Shown here: one piece after another, positions 29,134 to 39,474 of the stretch | Position numbering within the stretch: position 1 is the stretch's first letter | Layout of the letters: the number at the start of each line of letters is the position of its first letter | Assembly (NCBI GenBank): GCA_021813945.1 | Contig: JAKAJD010000002.1 | Location: forward strand, 173,936-237,935 | DNA: 64,000 nucleotides | Reading direction: 5' to 3' | Source: a bacterium | GTDB lineage: Bacteria > Patescibacteriota > Microgenomatia > Curtissbacterales > GWA2-41-24 | Program-made: the position numbers and the translations under genes | The notes under the pieces: generated by a model | What the model was told of the DNA's origin: nothing | The model's input: only the letters and a program-made list of their open reading frames with translations | Database searches by the model: none

Positions 29134-30393
29134 ATGGATTTGTTCGACGAAAACCAAAAAGAATTTGCGCCGCTTGCGGACCGTATGCGTCCTAAAAACC
29201 TTGAACAATTCGCAGGGCAAAAACATTTGGTATCACAAGGAAAAATTTTAGAAAAAGCAATCAAAGAAGACAAATTGTTTTCCATGATATTTTGGGGACC
29301 ACCCGGATCTGGAAAAACTACCCTTGCAAGAATCATCGCCTCCGAAACTAAATCCAATTTTGTTCCAATTTCTGCAGTTACATCCAATGTGGCGGAAATT
29401 AAAAAAATTATTCAAAGCGCTCAAGACACTCAAAAGCTACAAAAGCAAAGGACCATTCTCTTTATCGACGAAATCCACCGCTTCAATAAAGCGCAACAGG
29501 ATGTTTTACTTCCTCACGTCGAACGAGGAACAATCACCTTAATCGGCGCGACAACCGAAAATCCCTCATTTGAAGTGATTGGTGCTTTACTTTCAAGGTC
29601 CCGCGTTTTAAAACTAGAATCACTCTCCGAAGAAGATCTCGAAAAAATAATCAAAAGCTCTCTAAAGAATAAAACCGAGGGACTCGGCAAACAAAAAATC
29701 AAAATAGATAAAAAAGCGCTTGATTTTTTAATTTCTCAATCAAACGGAGATGCAAGGTTTGCCCTTAACACTCTCGAAATTGCATCTTCGCAGATTAAGA
29801 GTCAGTCCACTCTAAAAATGGAAAACTTCACAAGCGCTCTCCAAAGGCACACAACTTTTTACGACAAAAAAGGGGATTACCATTACGATACAATTTCTGC
29901 CTACATCAAAAGCATGCGGGCAGGAAAAACTGATGCAGCACTTCATTATTTGGCGCGAATGATTGAAGCAGGAGAGGATCCGGTTTTTATCGCCCGCCGC
30001 ATGGTGATTTTTGCCTCAGAAGACATCGGCAACGCAATGCCCACTGCTTTGGTTATTGCAACTTCTGCAATGCAGGCAGTCCATATGGTTGGCATGCCTG
30101 AATCAACTTTAATTCTTTCACACGTCACGTCATATTTATCGGAAGCCCCAAAAAGTATTGCTTCAACGACCGCAATTTCAAAGGCTCTTTCTGATATCAA
30201 AAATATTCCCCTCGATCCAATCCCTCTGCACTTAAGAAATGCACCGACAAAAATGATGAAAGAAATGGGGTACGGAAAAGGTCATATTCGCTATCCATGG
30301 ATGGACGAAAACAGCGACAAAAAAATTCTGGAATATATGCCAAAAAATCTCATCGGTAAAAAATATTATCAGGATCCAAGAAAGAAAAAATAA
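29134..30393 (+). CDS. rarA: Replication-associated recombination protein A (AAA+)
   Basis: PLADRMRP, WGPPGSGKTT, DEIHRFNKAQQD, ATTENP, SEDIGNA. Confidence 0.96.
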   Translation: MDLFDENQKEFAPLADRMRPKNLEQFAGQKHLVSQGKILEKAIKEDKLFSMIFWGPPGSGKTTLARIIASETKSNFVPISAVTSNVAEIKKIIQSAQDTQKLQKQRTILFIDEIHRFNKAQQDVLLPHVERGTITLIGATTENPSFEVIGALLSRSRVLKLESLSEEDLEKIIKSSLKNKTEGLGKQKIKIDKKALDFLISQSNGDARFALNTLEIASSQIKSQSTLKMENFTSALQRHTTFYDKKGDYHYDTISAYIKSMRAGKTDAALHYLARMIEAGEDPVFIARRMVIFASEDIGNAMPTALVIATSAMQAVHMVGMPESTLILSHVTSYLSEAPKSIASTTAISKALSDIKNIPLDPIPLHLRNAPTKMMKEMGYGKGHIRYPWMDENSDKKILEYMPKNLIGKKYYQDPRKKK

Positions 30394-30433
30394 TTTTTTT
30401 GCATTTTCTTAAAGTATCCTATATAATTCCACA

Positions 30434-31447
30434 ATGGAGGCCCGAAAAGTCTACAAAATTGCAACACTGGGTTCTCACTCCGCGCTACAAATCTTAAAAG
30501 GCGCAAAAGACGAAGGCTTCAAAACAATTTGCATCGCAATCCCTGATCGAGTTTCTCTTTATTCACGCTTCTCTTTTATTGACAAAATAATAGAAATTAA
30601 AAAATATACCGATTTTCCAAAGATAGAAAATCAACTAATTTCAGAAAATACAATAATTATTCCGCACGGTTCTTTCGTCGCATATTTAGGAGTTGAAAAT
30701 AACAAAAAAATGAAAGTCCCCTATTACGGAAATAAAAAAGTTCTGGATTGGGAGTCCGACAGAAAAATGCAAAGGGAATGGCTTGTAAAAGCTCAAATTC
30801 CTGTTCCAAAAAGGTTTAAAAAAGGTGAAAAAATAGATAGACCGGTTATCGTCAAATCATACGGTGCCGCCGGTGGTAATGGATACTTTTTCGCCAAAAA
30901 TCAAAAAGATTTTGATAAAAGGATAAAGGTCTTCAAACCAAAAGATTTTATAGTTCAGGAATACGTTATTGGAGTTCCACTTTATATACATTATTTTTAC
31001 TCACCAATTTCAAAAAAATTAGAAATTTTATCAATAGATAAACGTTACGAGTCGAACGTCGATTCTTTAGGCAGAATTCCATCACAAAATCAGCAAGGCT
31101 TAGGCATCGAACCGTCATTTGTCGTTGTCGGAAATTCCCCGCTGACTCTCAGGGAATCACTCTTAGCCGAGGCGTTTGAAATGGGAGAAAGAGCAGTCGC
31201 TAAATCACAAGAATTAATTCCCGGCGGACTCTGGGGCCCGTTTTGTCTAGAGACAATAATAACTCCGGAGCAAAAATTTTCAATAATTGAGATTTCCTGT
31301 CGAATTGTAGCCGGAACAAATTTATTTATTAATGGATCACCATATGCTGCCTTATATTGGGATAAAGAAGTGTCAACAGGCCGAAGAATCGCGATGGAAA
31401 TTAAAGAGGCAATTAAAAAAGATCAATTAAGAAAAATCTTAAATTAA
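30434..31447 (+). CDS. purP: Archaeal-type PurP (formate-dependent FAICAR synthetase), copy 1
   Basis: IATLGSHSALQI, IPHGSF, GAAGGNGYF, GNSPLTLRESLL, RIVAGTN, STGRRIA. Confidence 0.88.
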   Translation: MEARKVYKIATLGSHSALQILKGAKDEGFKTICIAIPDRVSLYSRFSFIDKIIEIKKYTDFPKIENQLISENTIIIPHGSFVAYLGVENNKKMKVPYYGNKKVLDWESDRKMQREWLVKAQIPVPKRFKKGEKIDRPVIVKSYGAAGGNGYFFAKNQKDFDKRIKVFKPKDFIVQEYVIGVPLYIHYFYSPISKKLEILSIDKRYESNVDSLGRIPSQNQQGLGIEPSFVVVGNSPLTLRESLLAEAFEMGERAVAKSQELIPGGLWGPFCLETIITPEQKFSIIEISCRIVAGTNLFINGSPYAALYWDKEVSTGRRIAMEIKEAIKKDQLRKILN

Positions 31448-31448
31448 C

Positions 31449-32720
31449 ATGGCAAAGTTAAACAAATGGCATGGAACAGCGGCAGTAATAGGGATCGATT
31501 GGGGTGATTCCGGAAAAGGCCGGTTAATTGATGATCTGTCCCAAAATGCGAATGTAATTGCCCGCTTCAACGGTGGTTCAAACACTGGCCACACTGTTTC
31601 AAATAAATTCGGAAAATTTGCGATGCATATAACACCTTCCGGAATTTTTAATCAAAAAGCAACGTGCCTTGTCGGTCGCAACGTTGCGGTCAACCTGGAA
31701 GTGCTAATTCAAGAGCTGGACTCATTCAAAAAAGCCGGTGTTGCTTTTAAAAATTTGGTTATAGATGAGCAAGCGCCTTTGACGATGCCTTGGCATATTT
31801 TACGGGATGGCATCAGGGAAAAAGTCCGTAAATCAAAAATCGGCACAACCGGAAATGGGGTGGGACCTACGTATGCAGACTACACGGAAAGAGTTGGGTT
31901 AAAAGTTATCGATTTATTATCAAGCGATCTAAAAGAAAAAATTTACAATGAAGCCGAAATTCAAAATAAATTTTTTAATCTTAAGATTTCACCAAATGAT
32001 GTATATTCGAAGTTTTCAAAATACTCAAAAGTTATAAAACCTTATGTTGGAAATACAATACAAATCATAAAACAAAATTTACAAAAAAATAAAAACATCC
32101 TTTTTGAAGGTGCCCAAGGCTACTTTTTAGATATCGATGCGGGAACTTACCCATTTGTAACATCGTCAAATCCCGGAGTTGTCGGAATTTGGAGATCTTA
32201 CGATTTACACCCGCAAAATTTAGACCATGTAATAGGAATCACCAAAGCTTACACAACTCGGGTCGGATCTGGTCCAATGCCAACCAAAATGGATGAGAAA
32301 ACTTCCAAACAAATTATCGAAAAAGGTCATGAAGTTGGAACTACAACCGGAAGGATCCGATCTCCCGGTTGGCAAGATTTAGTTCTTTTAAAATACGCGC
32401 ATGAAGCAAACCACCTTACAGCTCTTGCTATAACAAAATTGGATATCCTAAGCGGTCAAAAAAAGATCAAATTAGGCGTCGGGTATAAATTAAACGGCAA
32501 AGAAACAACATACTTGTCTCACAGTTCTGAATTTTTAGAAAACGTTCGGCCAGTTTATGAAGAATTTGAAGGGTGGCAGGAAGATATATCTAACGTTAGA
32601 GAATTTGAAAGGCTTCCTAAGAATGCTAAAAAATATATAGAGGCGATTGAGAAATTCACCAAAATTCCGGTTAAATTCATTTCAGTTGGCCCTAAAAGAG
32701 GTGAAGTAATTTATGTCTAA
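31449..32720 (+). CDS. purA: Adenylosuccinate synthetase
   Basis: WGDSGKG, GGSNTGHT, FEGAQG, GTYPFVTSS, GTTTGR. Confidence 0.96.
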   Translation: MAKLNKWHGTAAVIGIDWGDSGKGRLIDDLSQNANVIARFNGGSNTGHTVSNKFGKFAMHITPSGIFNQKATCLVGRNVAVNLEVLIQELDSFKKAGVAFKNLVIDEQAPLTMPWHILRDGIREKVRKSKIGTTGNGVGPTYADYTERVGLKVIDLLSSDLKEKIYNEAEIQNKFFNLKISPNDVYSKFSKYSKVIKPYVGNTIQIIKQNLQKNKNILFEGAQGYFLDIDAGTYPFVTSSNPGVVGIWRSYDLHPQNLDHVIGITKAYTTRVGSGPMPTKMDEKTSKQIIEKGHEVGTTTGRIRSPGWQDLVLLKYAHEANHLTALAITKLDILSGQKKIKLGVGYKLNGKETTYLSHSSEFLENVRPVYEEFEGWQEDISNVREFERLPKNAKKYIEAIEKFTKIPVKFISVGPKRGEVIYV

Positions 32721-33807
32721 GCCTAAAGATTACACAATTGCAGTAGTTGGTTCACACAGCGCCCTAGACATCTGTCGAGGAGCAAAGGATTTAGGTTTTA
32801 AAACTTTAGTCGTTGTTGAAAAAGGAAGAGACAAGACTTATGCCCAATATTTTAAAACAGATGGGGAATTGGGATGTGTCGATGAAGTTTTGGAGGTCGA
32901 AAAATTTAAAGATATTTTGGAACCTAAAAATCAGAAAACCTTAAAAGATAAAAATTCAATATTTATTCCTCACCGCTCATTCGAAGTTTATCTTAACGAT
33001 TACGACGCAATAGAAAAAGATTTTAAAGTACCTATGTTTGGCAATAAATATTTGCTCAGAATCGAGGAAAGGTATGTCAAACCAAACCAATATGATTTGT
33101 TAACTGAAGCTAAAATAAAATTCCCGAAGACATTTGATAATCCAAAGGAAATAGATCGTTTGGTTTTGGTAAAAGTCGCAGAACGTGAAAGGAAATTCGA
33201 AAGAGCATTTTTTCTAGCAAGCTCTCCAAAAGATTTTCAGATCGCTTCCGAAATATTAATTTTGGAAGGAAAAATTACAAAGGATGCCCTCGATGTTGCA
33301 GTAATTGAAGAATTTATTTTAGGGGTCCAAATTAATTTTAATTTCTTCTATTCACCTTTTACAAAAAGGGTAGAACTTGCCGGAACGGACACAAGAAGAC
33401 AGACCAACATAGACGGTCTCCTAAGACTTCCCGCTTTTTATCAAACTCAGCTGCAGGAATCAATACAAATCAAATATGAAGAGGCTGGTCACATCGCTGT
33501 AACTACCCTTGAATCAACGCTGGAACCAGCTTTTGAGATGGCAAACCGTTTTGTAGATGCCGCACGAAAATTATATCCTCCCGGAATAATCGGGCCGTTC
33601 GGGCTTCAATCGGTAATTACTGCGGGTCCACCCAAAAAAGAGATTGTGGTTTTCGATGTTTCACCCAGAATGCCTGGATCGCCGGGAATTTTTGCAACAC
33701 CTTATAGCGGTTATTTATATGGGGAGCCGATGAGTATGGGAAAAAGAGTGGCAATGGAAATAAAAAAAGCTATTGACCAAAATTCAATCGATAAAATTAC
33801 GACATGA
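32713..33807 (+). CDS. purP: PurP-like ATP-grasp paralogue, copy 2
   Basis: GSHSALDI, IPHRSF, ERAFF, AGHIA, GPFGLQ, MGKRVA. Confidence 0.82.
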   Translation: MSKPKDYTIAVVGSHSALDICRGAKDLGFKTLVVVEKGRDKTYAQYFKTDGELGCVDEVLEVEKFKDILEPKNQKTLKDKNSIFIPHRSFEVYLNDYDAIEKDFKVPMFGNKYLLRIEERYVKPNQYDLLTEAKIKFPKTFDNPKEIDRLVLVKVAERERKFERAFFLASSPKDFQIASEILILEGKITKDALDVAVIEEFILGVQINFNFFYSPFTKRVELAGTDTRRQTNIDGLLRLPAFYQTQLQESIQIKYEEAGHIAVTTLESTLEPAFEMANRFVDAARKLYPPGIIGPFGLQSVITAGPPKKEIVVFDVSPRMPGSPGIFATPYSGYLYGEPMSMGKRVAMEIKKAIDQNSIDKITT

Positions 33808-35186
33808 AGACAAATTTTGATAATTACCAATCACCTTTTTCCTGGCGTTACGGATCGGACGAAATGCGCCAGCTTTTTTCTGAAGTCAATCGCCGAAAAA
33901 CATGGCGGCAAGTTTGGGTATCGTTAGCAAAGGCTCAAAATAAATTCGGTCTGATTTCTAAAAAAGAATTAAATGACATAATCAAACATCAAAATGTAAT
34001 AGATATCGAAAAAGCGCATCAAATCGAAAGCGAAATAAAACACGATTTAATGGCAGAGGTAAAAACGTATGCTTCACAAGCCAAAATCGGCGGAGGTAAG
34101 ATTCACCTCGGCGCAACTTCCCAAGATATAGAAGACAACGCGGATGCAATTATCTTTAAAGATGCACTCGCGATAATAGAAAAAAACTTAAACAAGCTTC
34201 TTAAAGTTTGGTTACTAAAAATCGACGAAAATAAAGATTTAGTTTGCATGGCCTACACACACCTGCAACCGGCTGAACCGACAACCTTAGGTTATCGGTT
34301 TTCACTATATGCGCAAGATTTACTCATTGATCTGGAATTATTAAATTACATAAAAACTCAAATAAAAGGAAAAGGAACAAAAGGAGCAGTAGGAAATTAC
34401 GCCAGCTATATGTCCCTGTTGGGATCTAAAACCGAAAACATGGAAGAAGCCGTTTTGAAAGATCTCGGCATCGAAGCTTTCGACATTACAGGACAAGTCT
34501 ACCCAAGAAAATTAGATTATTTAGTCTTATGTTTGCTGTCTTCTATCGCACAAAGCCTTTATAAATTCGCTTTCGATTTAAGAATTCTTCAGTCGGCACA
34601 GTTTGGAGAACTGGCGGAACCATTTGCCAAAAAACAAGTCGGTTCATCTGCGATGCCTTTTAAAAGAAATCCTCAGAACTCGGAAAGAATTTGTTCGCTC
34701 GCTCGTTACATTGTCGGTCTATCAAGAACTGCCTGGGACAACGCAGCAAATTCGCTTCTCGAGCGAACGCTCGACGATTCCGCAGCCAAAAGAATAATAA
34801 TTCCAGACAGCTTCTTGGCAACAGACGAAATATTAAAACTTACCTTATATATAGTTTCAGACATGGTAATAAACAAAAAGAACATTGAAAAAAACCTTAA
34901 ATCTTATGGACCATTTTCTGCACTCGAATCAATTCTTTTAAAAAGTGTTAAAAACGGTGCAAACCGACAGGAAATGCATGAAGTCCTCAGGGAGCATTCA
35001 ATGCGTGTCTACGATGAAATGGCTAAAACCGGCGAAAACAAATTGTTCCAGAATTTAAGCTACGATAAGACCATTTTAAAATATTTATCTAAATCTGAAA
35101 TTGATAGTCTCTCAAATTATAAAAAACATATAGGTCTTTCGGAAAAGAAATCAAGATCGATGATTTCAAAAATTAAAAATATTTAA
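33804..35186 (+). CDS. purB: Adenylosuccinate lyase
   Basis: IHLGATSQD, THLQPA, GSSAMPFKRNP, ERTLDDSA. Confidence 0.96.
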   Translation: MKTNFDNYQSPFSWRYGSDEMRQLFSEVNRRKTWRQVWVSLAKAQNKFGLISKKELNDIIKHQNVIDIEKAHQIESEIKHDLMAEVKTYASQAKIGGGKIHLGATSQDIEDNADAIIFKDALAIIEKNLNKLLKVWLLKIDENKDLVCMAYTHLQPAEPTTLGYRFSLYAQDLLIDLELLNYIKTQIKGKGTKGAVGNYASYMSLLGSKTENMEEAVLKDLGIEAFDITGQVYPRKLDYLVLCLLSSIAQSLYKFAFDLRILQSAQFGELAEPFAKKQVGSSAMPFKRNPQNSERICSLARYIVGLSRTAWDNAANSLLERTLDDSAAKRIIIPDSFLATDEILKLTLYIVSDMVINKKNIEKNLKSYGPFSALESILLKSVKNGANRQEMHEVLREHSMRVYDEMAKTGENKLFQNLSYDKTILKYLSKSEIDSLSNYKKHIGLSEKKSRSMISKIKNI

Positions 35187-35291
35187 AATGAAGAAAATAA
35201 TTTTGCCACTTCATAAATATGTAAAAACAATATACAATAGCAAAAATAATCCTGAACGACTTGCCCAAGATAACTGCCCTGTAAACTAAAT

Positions 35292-35834
35292 ATGGCAAAT
35301 CAAAAGAAAGTACGTCCGCAAGTAGGAATAATAATGGGCTCCGATTCGGATCTAGGGGTTATGTCTGATGCGGCAAAAATTTTAGACGAACTTAAGGTTC
35401 CGTATGAAGTATCTGTACTTTCTGCGCACAGAGCACCTTCGGAAACTAATGCTTATTCCGCCTCAGCACAAAAACGGGGTTTAAAGGTGATCATCGCCGG
35501 TGCGGGTGGTGCAGCAGCTTTGCCGGGTGTTGTGGCTTCGCAAACATTGTTACCAGTTGTAGGTGTTCCCATTAAGTCCAAAGCAGTAGAAGGATTAGAC
35601 GCTCTCCTTTCTATAAGTCAAATGCCTCCCGGAATTCCAGTTGCCACAGTTGGTATAGATTCGGCAAAAAATGCCGGAATTTTAGCAGCCGCAATTGTTG
35701 CCTTATCAAACAAAGAAGCAGCTAAAAAATTAGCAAATTACAAAAGCAGTTTAAAAAAACAAGTTCTTGTCAAAAATTCAGCTCTTAAAAAGCTTGGATG
35801 GTCCAAATATTTAAAAGGAAAAAATGCTAGATAA
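35292..35834 (+). CDS. purE: N5-CAIR mutase / AIR carboxylase
   Basis: MGSDSD, SAHR, AGAGGAAALPG, QMPPGIPVATV. Confidence 0.96.
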   Translation: MANQKKVRPQVGIIMGSDSDLGVMSDAAKILDELKVPYEVSVLSAHRAPSETNAYSASAQKRGLKVIIAGAGGAAALPGVVASQTLLPVVGVPIKSKAVEGLDALLSISQMPPGIPVATVGIDSAKNAGILAAAIVALSNKEAAKKLANYKSSLKKQVLVKNSALKKLGWSKYLKGKNAR

Positions 35835-36795
35835 AAAAATAATACAAAAAAATATTCCTAATGCTATAAAAGCGGTTCCAGTTCGAAACCTTGGTAAAAG
35901 GCAAAGCGGAAAGGTTCGCGATTGGTATAGTAAAAATAATCTTAGAATTCTTATTGCCACGGACAGAATATCGGCTTTCGATAAAGTTTTGGGATTAATC
36001 CCCTTCAGGGGCGCAGTTTTAAACAAACTTTCAGAATTTTGGTTTAACACAACTCGGGATATAGTTTCTAACCACATGATTGGTGTTGTTGATCCAAACG
36101 TTATGTTGGTTTCCGAAGTTCAAGCACTGCCAATAGAAGTTGTAGTCAGAGGTTACATTACCGGTGTTACCGACACATCTCTTTGGAAACAATATAACGA
36201 GGGCAAAAGAACAATTTATGGCATAAAATTTCCCGAGGGCCTTAAAAAAAATCAAAAACTTAAAGCTCCGGTTATTACTCCGACCACAAGAGGAACCGGT
36301 CCGGGTGGGCATGACGAACCGATTACCAAACAAGAAATCATAAAAAAGAAATTAGTACCGCCTGCAATTTACAAGCAAATTGAAAAAGTAGCGATCAAGC
36401 TTTTTGAAAGAGGAACACTAGTTGCAGCAAAAGCCGGTTTTATACTAGCTGATACTAAATATGAATTTGGGATCGACAAAAAAGGTAAATTAATTTTAAT
36501 AGACGAAATCCATACTCCAGACAGCAGCAGGTATTGGCTCAAAAAAACATATGCACCATTAGTTTCCAAAGGTCATGAACCCGAAAATTACGATAAAGAA
36601 TTTATGAGACTTTGGTTTGCAAAAAGCGGTTACACCGGCAAGGGCAAAGCTCCTACAATGCCGGATGATCTAGTTGTTAAAATTTCGCAAAGATACATGG
36701 AAGTATATGAAAGATTAACGGGAGAAAAGTTTGATGTTGATACAAAAATACCTCAGCTTGAAAGGATTATGGAAAGCCTCGAAAAATTGATATAA
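35824..36795 (+). CDS. purC: SAICAR synthetase
   Basis: GKVRD, TDRISAFD, EVVVRGY, ADTKYEFG, DEIHTPDSSR. Confidence 0.96.
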   Translation: MLDKKIIQKNIPNAIKAVPVRNLGKRQSGKVRDWYSKNNLRILIATDRISAFDKVLGLIPFRGAVLNKLSEFWFNTTRDIVSNHMIGVVDPNVMLVSEVQALPIEVVVRGYITGVTDTSLWKQYNEGKRTIYGIKFPEGLKKNQKLKAPVITPTTRGTGPGGHDEPITKQEIIKKKLVPPAIYKQIEKVAIKLFERGTLVAAKAGFILADTKYEFGIDKKGKLILIDEIHTPDSSRYWLKKTYAPLVSKGHEPENYDKEFMRLWFAKSGYTGKGKAPTMPDDLVVKISQRYMEVYERLTGEKFDVDTKIPQLERIMESLEKLI

Positions 36796-36799
36796 GATT

Positions 36800-38320
36800 A
36801 TGGTCGCAGTTATAAACTTTGGCGGCCAATATGCACATCTTATCGCAAGGCGAATTCGAGAGCTCGGTGTAAAAAGCGAACTTTTCCCCCCAGAAATATC
36901 TATCCAAAAAATAACAGATTTATCTCCAGACGCCATTATTTTTTCTGGAAGTCCATTTTCGGTTTACGATAAAAAAGCACCGCACATCAATCCAAAAATT
37001 TACGAATTGCAAATTCCTATTTTAGGAATCTGCTACGGCCAGCAATTGATTGCCTATCAACTTAACGGCTCCGTTTCGTCACACGACTCAAAGCAGTTTG
37101 GTAAAGAAAATCTAAAAATAGGCAAATCACAATTATTTGAAGGTTTAAAAAAGACTGAAACAGTCTGGTTTTCGCATGGTGACCAAGTGGACAAAATCCC
37201 ATTGGGTTTTACTATTATCGCTTCTTCAAAAAATGCCAAAGTCGCTGGTATTCAAAACCCGACATCCAAAATCTACGGAATTCAGTTCCACCCTGAAGTA
37301 ACCCATACACCTTCCGGGCGAAAAATTCTTAGTAATTTTTTGTTTACGATTGCAAACACCAAAAAAGATTGGGATCTCAAAAAGCAAAAAGATGAAATCA
37401 TAAACAGTTTAAGTCACAAAATAAAATACCATAGAGTCATTATGGCAATTTCTGGGGGCGTCGATTCATTGGTTGCGGCAGCTTTACTCAAAGAGGCGAT
37501 TGGTAATAATCTACATTTGGTTTTTATAGATACAGGGCTTCTTAGAAAAAATGAAGTCTCAGAAGTTCAATCGATTGTAAAAAAAGTTGGTTTTGTAAAC
37601 TTTAAAATATCAAATTCCAGCGAAAGATTTCTATCCGCACTCAAGGGCGTTACAGATCCGGAAGAAAAACGCCAAATTATCGCTAAACATTATTTTGCAA
37701 TTTTTGAAGAAGAAGCTAAGAGGATTAAATCAGTAAAATACCTTGCTCAAGGGACAATTTATCCAGACCGTATCGAATCGGCACAACCAACAAAGCACGC
37801 CGATAAAATTAAAAGTCACCACAATCTAACATTACCAAAAGGTCTCGAGCTTGAAATCGTCGAACCACTTGCCGAGTTTTACAAAGACGAAGTTAGAAAA
37901 ATCGGCGCTATACTTGGTATCAATCAGCAGTTTTTACTTCGTCATCCGTTTCCTGGCCCAGGCCTTGCAATTAGAATTCTCGGAGAGGTTACAAAAGAAC
38001 GATTATCAATACTAAGGGAGGTCGATTATGTATTAATTTCGGAGCTTAGATCAGCAGGTTTATATGATAAGGTAGGGCAAGCTTTTGCAGCCTTGCTTCC
38101 TGTCAAATCAGTCGGTGTCATGGGTGATGCCCGCACCTATTCATATATCGTCAGCTTACGATCAGTCGACACTCAAGATTTTATGACCGCCGATTGGTCA
38201 AAAATCCCATTTTCGGTTTTAGAAAAAATTTCCTCTCGAATCGTCAACGAAGTCCGCGGGGTAAACCGCGTCCTTTATGACATTACTCAAAAGCCTCCAG
38301 CAACGATAGAGTATGAGTAA
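36800..38320 (+). CDS. guaA: GMP synthase (glutamine-hydrolysing)
   Basis: GICYGQQ, QFHPEV, SGGVDS, IKSHHN, HPFPGPG, KPPATIEYE. Confidence 0.97.
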   Translation: MVAVINFGGQYAHLIARRIRELGVKSELFPPEISIQKITDLSPDAIIFSGSPFSVYDKKAPHINPKIYELQIPILGICYGQQLIAYQLNGSVSSHDSKQFGKENLKIGKSQLFEGLKKTETVWFSHGDQVDKIPLGFTIIASSKNAKVAGIQNPTSKIYGIQFHPEVTHTPSGRKILSNFLFTIANTKKDWDLKKQKDEIINSLSHKIKYHRVIMAISGGVDSLVAAALLKEAIGNNLHLVFIDTGLLRKNEVSEVQSIVKKVGFVNFKISNSSERFLSALKGVTDPEEKRQIIAKHYFAIFEEEAKRIKSVKYLAQGTIYPDRIESAQPTKHADKIKSHHNLTLPKGLELEIVEPLAEFYKDEVRKIGAILGINQQFLLRHPFPGPGLAIRILGEVTKERLSILREVDYVLISELRSAGLYDKVGQAFAALLPVKSVGVMGDARTYSYIVSLRSVDTQDFMTADWSKIPFSVLEKISSRIVNEVRGVNRVLYDITQKPPATIEYE

Positions 38321-38876
38321 AAAGGTTAAAAAATTTGTTGTCGTTACTTCTAACAAAAATAAATTAGCCGAAATAAATCAAATTCTTGGGACAAAATACA
38401 AGCTTAGCAAAATAGAAGTTCCCGAAATCCAATCACTCGACTTGGATCAAATAATTACCGAAAAAGCAAAAGCCGCATTTGAAAAAATCAAAAAACCTGT
38501 TCTTGTTGAAGATATCAGTTTTGAAATTCAATCATTAAAGGGTCTTCCAGGCCCATTTGTTAAATTTTTTCTGCAAAGGATTGGCACTGAAGGAACTGTT
38601 AAGTTAGTCGGCAACAAATCAACTAAAACGAAAGTTACAGCAGCACTTGGACTCTACAACGGGTCAAATGTCAAAATTTTCAAAGGTATAGTTTGGGGCA
38701 AATTATCCAAAAATAATAGGGGGGAAGGCGGATTTGGTTTCGATAAAGTTTTTATCCCTAAGGGCTACAAACAAACTTATGCAGAAATGGATCCGAATTT
38801 AAAAAACCAAATTTCCCACCGCGGCAAAGCGCTCCAAAAATTGAAAGAGTTTCTAATCAAGAATGAAAAAAATTAA
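38313..38876 (+). CDS. rdgB: Non-canonical purine NTP pyrophosphatase (Ham1/RdgB)
   Basis: TSNKNKLAE, GLPGPF, GFGFD, SHR. Confidence 0.92.
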   Translation: MSKKVKKFVVVTSNKNKLAEINQILGTKYKLSKIEVPEIQSLDLDQIITEKAKAAFEKIKKPVLVEDISFEIQSLKGLPGPFVKFFLQRIGTEGTVKLVGNKSTKTKVTAALGLYNGSNVKIFKGIVWGKLSKNNRGEGGFGFDKVFIPKGYKQTYAEMDPNLKNQISHRGKALQKLKEFLIKNEKN

Positions 38877-39474
38877 GGCCATATTTTTTGACCTAGGCGG
38901 TGTCGTGCTGACTCAATCACTGGAAGCACGATTCGAAGTCATTGCGGAAGTTTTTAAAAAAGAAAAAAAAGATATTGAAGAAATTTTCAAAAAATACAAT
39001 AAGGATTGGACAATCGGTAAGCTTTCAGTAGAAACGTTGGCAAAGCGGTTAATAAAAGAATTTGATATAAAACAATCAACGACTCAAATCTTAAAAAACT
39101 GGAAAAAAGTTTACCAAAACAAAACTCTTCCAAACAAACAACTACTCATCAAAATAGACAATCTAAGAAAAAATTATGATCTTTATCTTTTGACCAACAC
39201 GGTTGATTTGCACCATAGAGTCAATTCTAAGCGCGACATTTTCATCCATTTCAATAAGGTCTTTGCTTCACATATTATCGGCATAAAAAAACCGGAACAA
39301 GACTTTTATATACACGTTCTTAGAGAACTTAAATTAAAGCCGGAAGAATGTGTCTTTGTAGATGACATAAAAGAAAATATCGATGCCGCAAGAGATTTAG
39401 GAATAGATGGAATAATATTTCAAAACAATAATCAGCTATTTAAGGAATTTAAAAAACGGAAAATAGCAATTTAG
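38863..39474 (+). CDS. HAD-superfamily phosphatase
   Basis: FFDLGGV, LTN, KKP, FVDD. Confidence 0.88.
   Translation: MKKIKAIFFDLGGVVLTQSLEARFEVIAEVFKKEKKDIEEIFKKYNKDWTIGKLSVETLAKRLIKEFDIKQSTTQILKNWKKVYQNKTLPNKQLLIKIDNLRKNYDLYLLTNTVDLHHRVNSKRDIFIHFNKVFASHIIGIKKPEQDFYIHVLRELKLKPEECVFVDDIKENIDAARDLGIDGIIFQNNNQLFKEFKKRKIAI

Noticed and set aside
35188-35289. 33-codon ORF between purB and purE
   Set aside because: No SD or motif, AT-rich, and it overlaps the likely purE promoter
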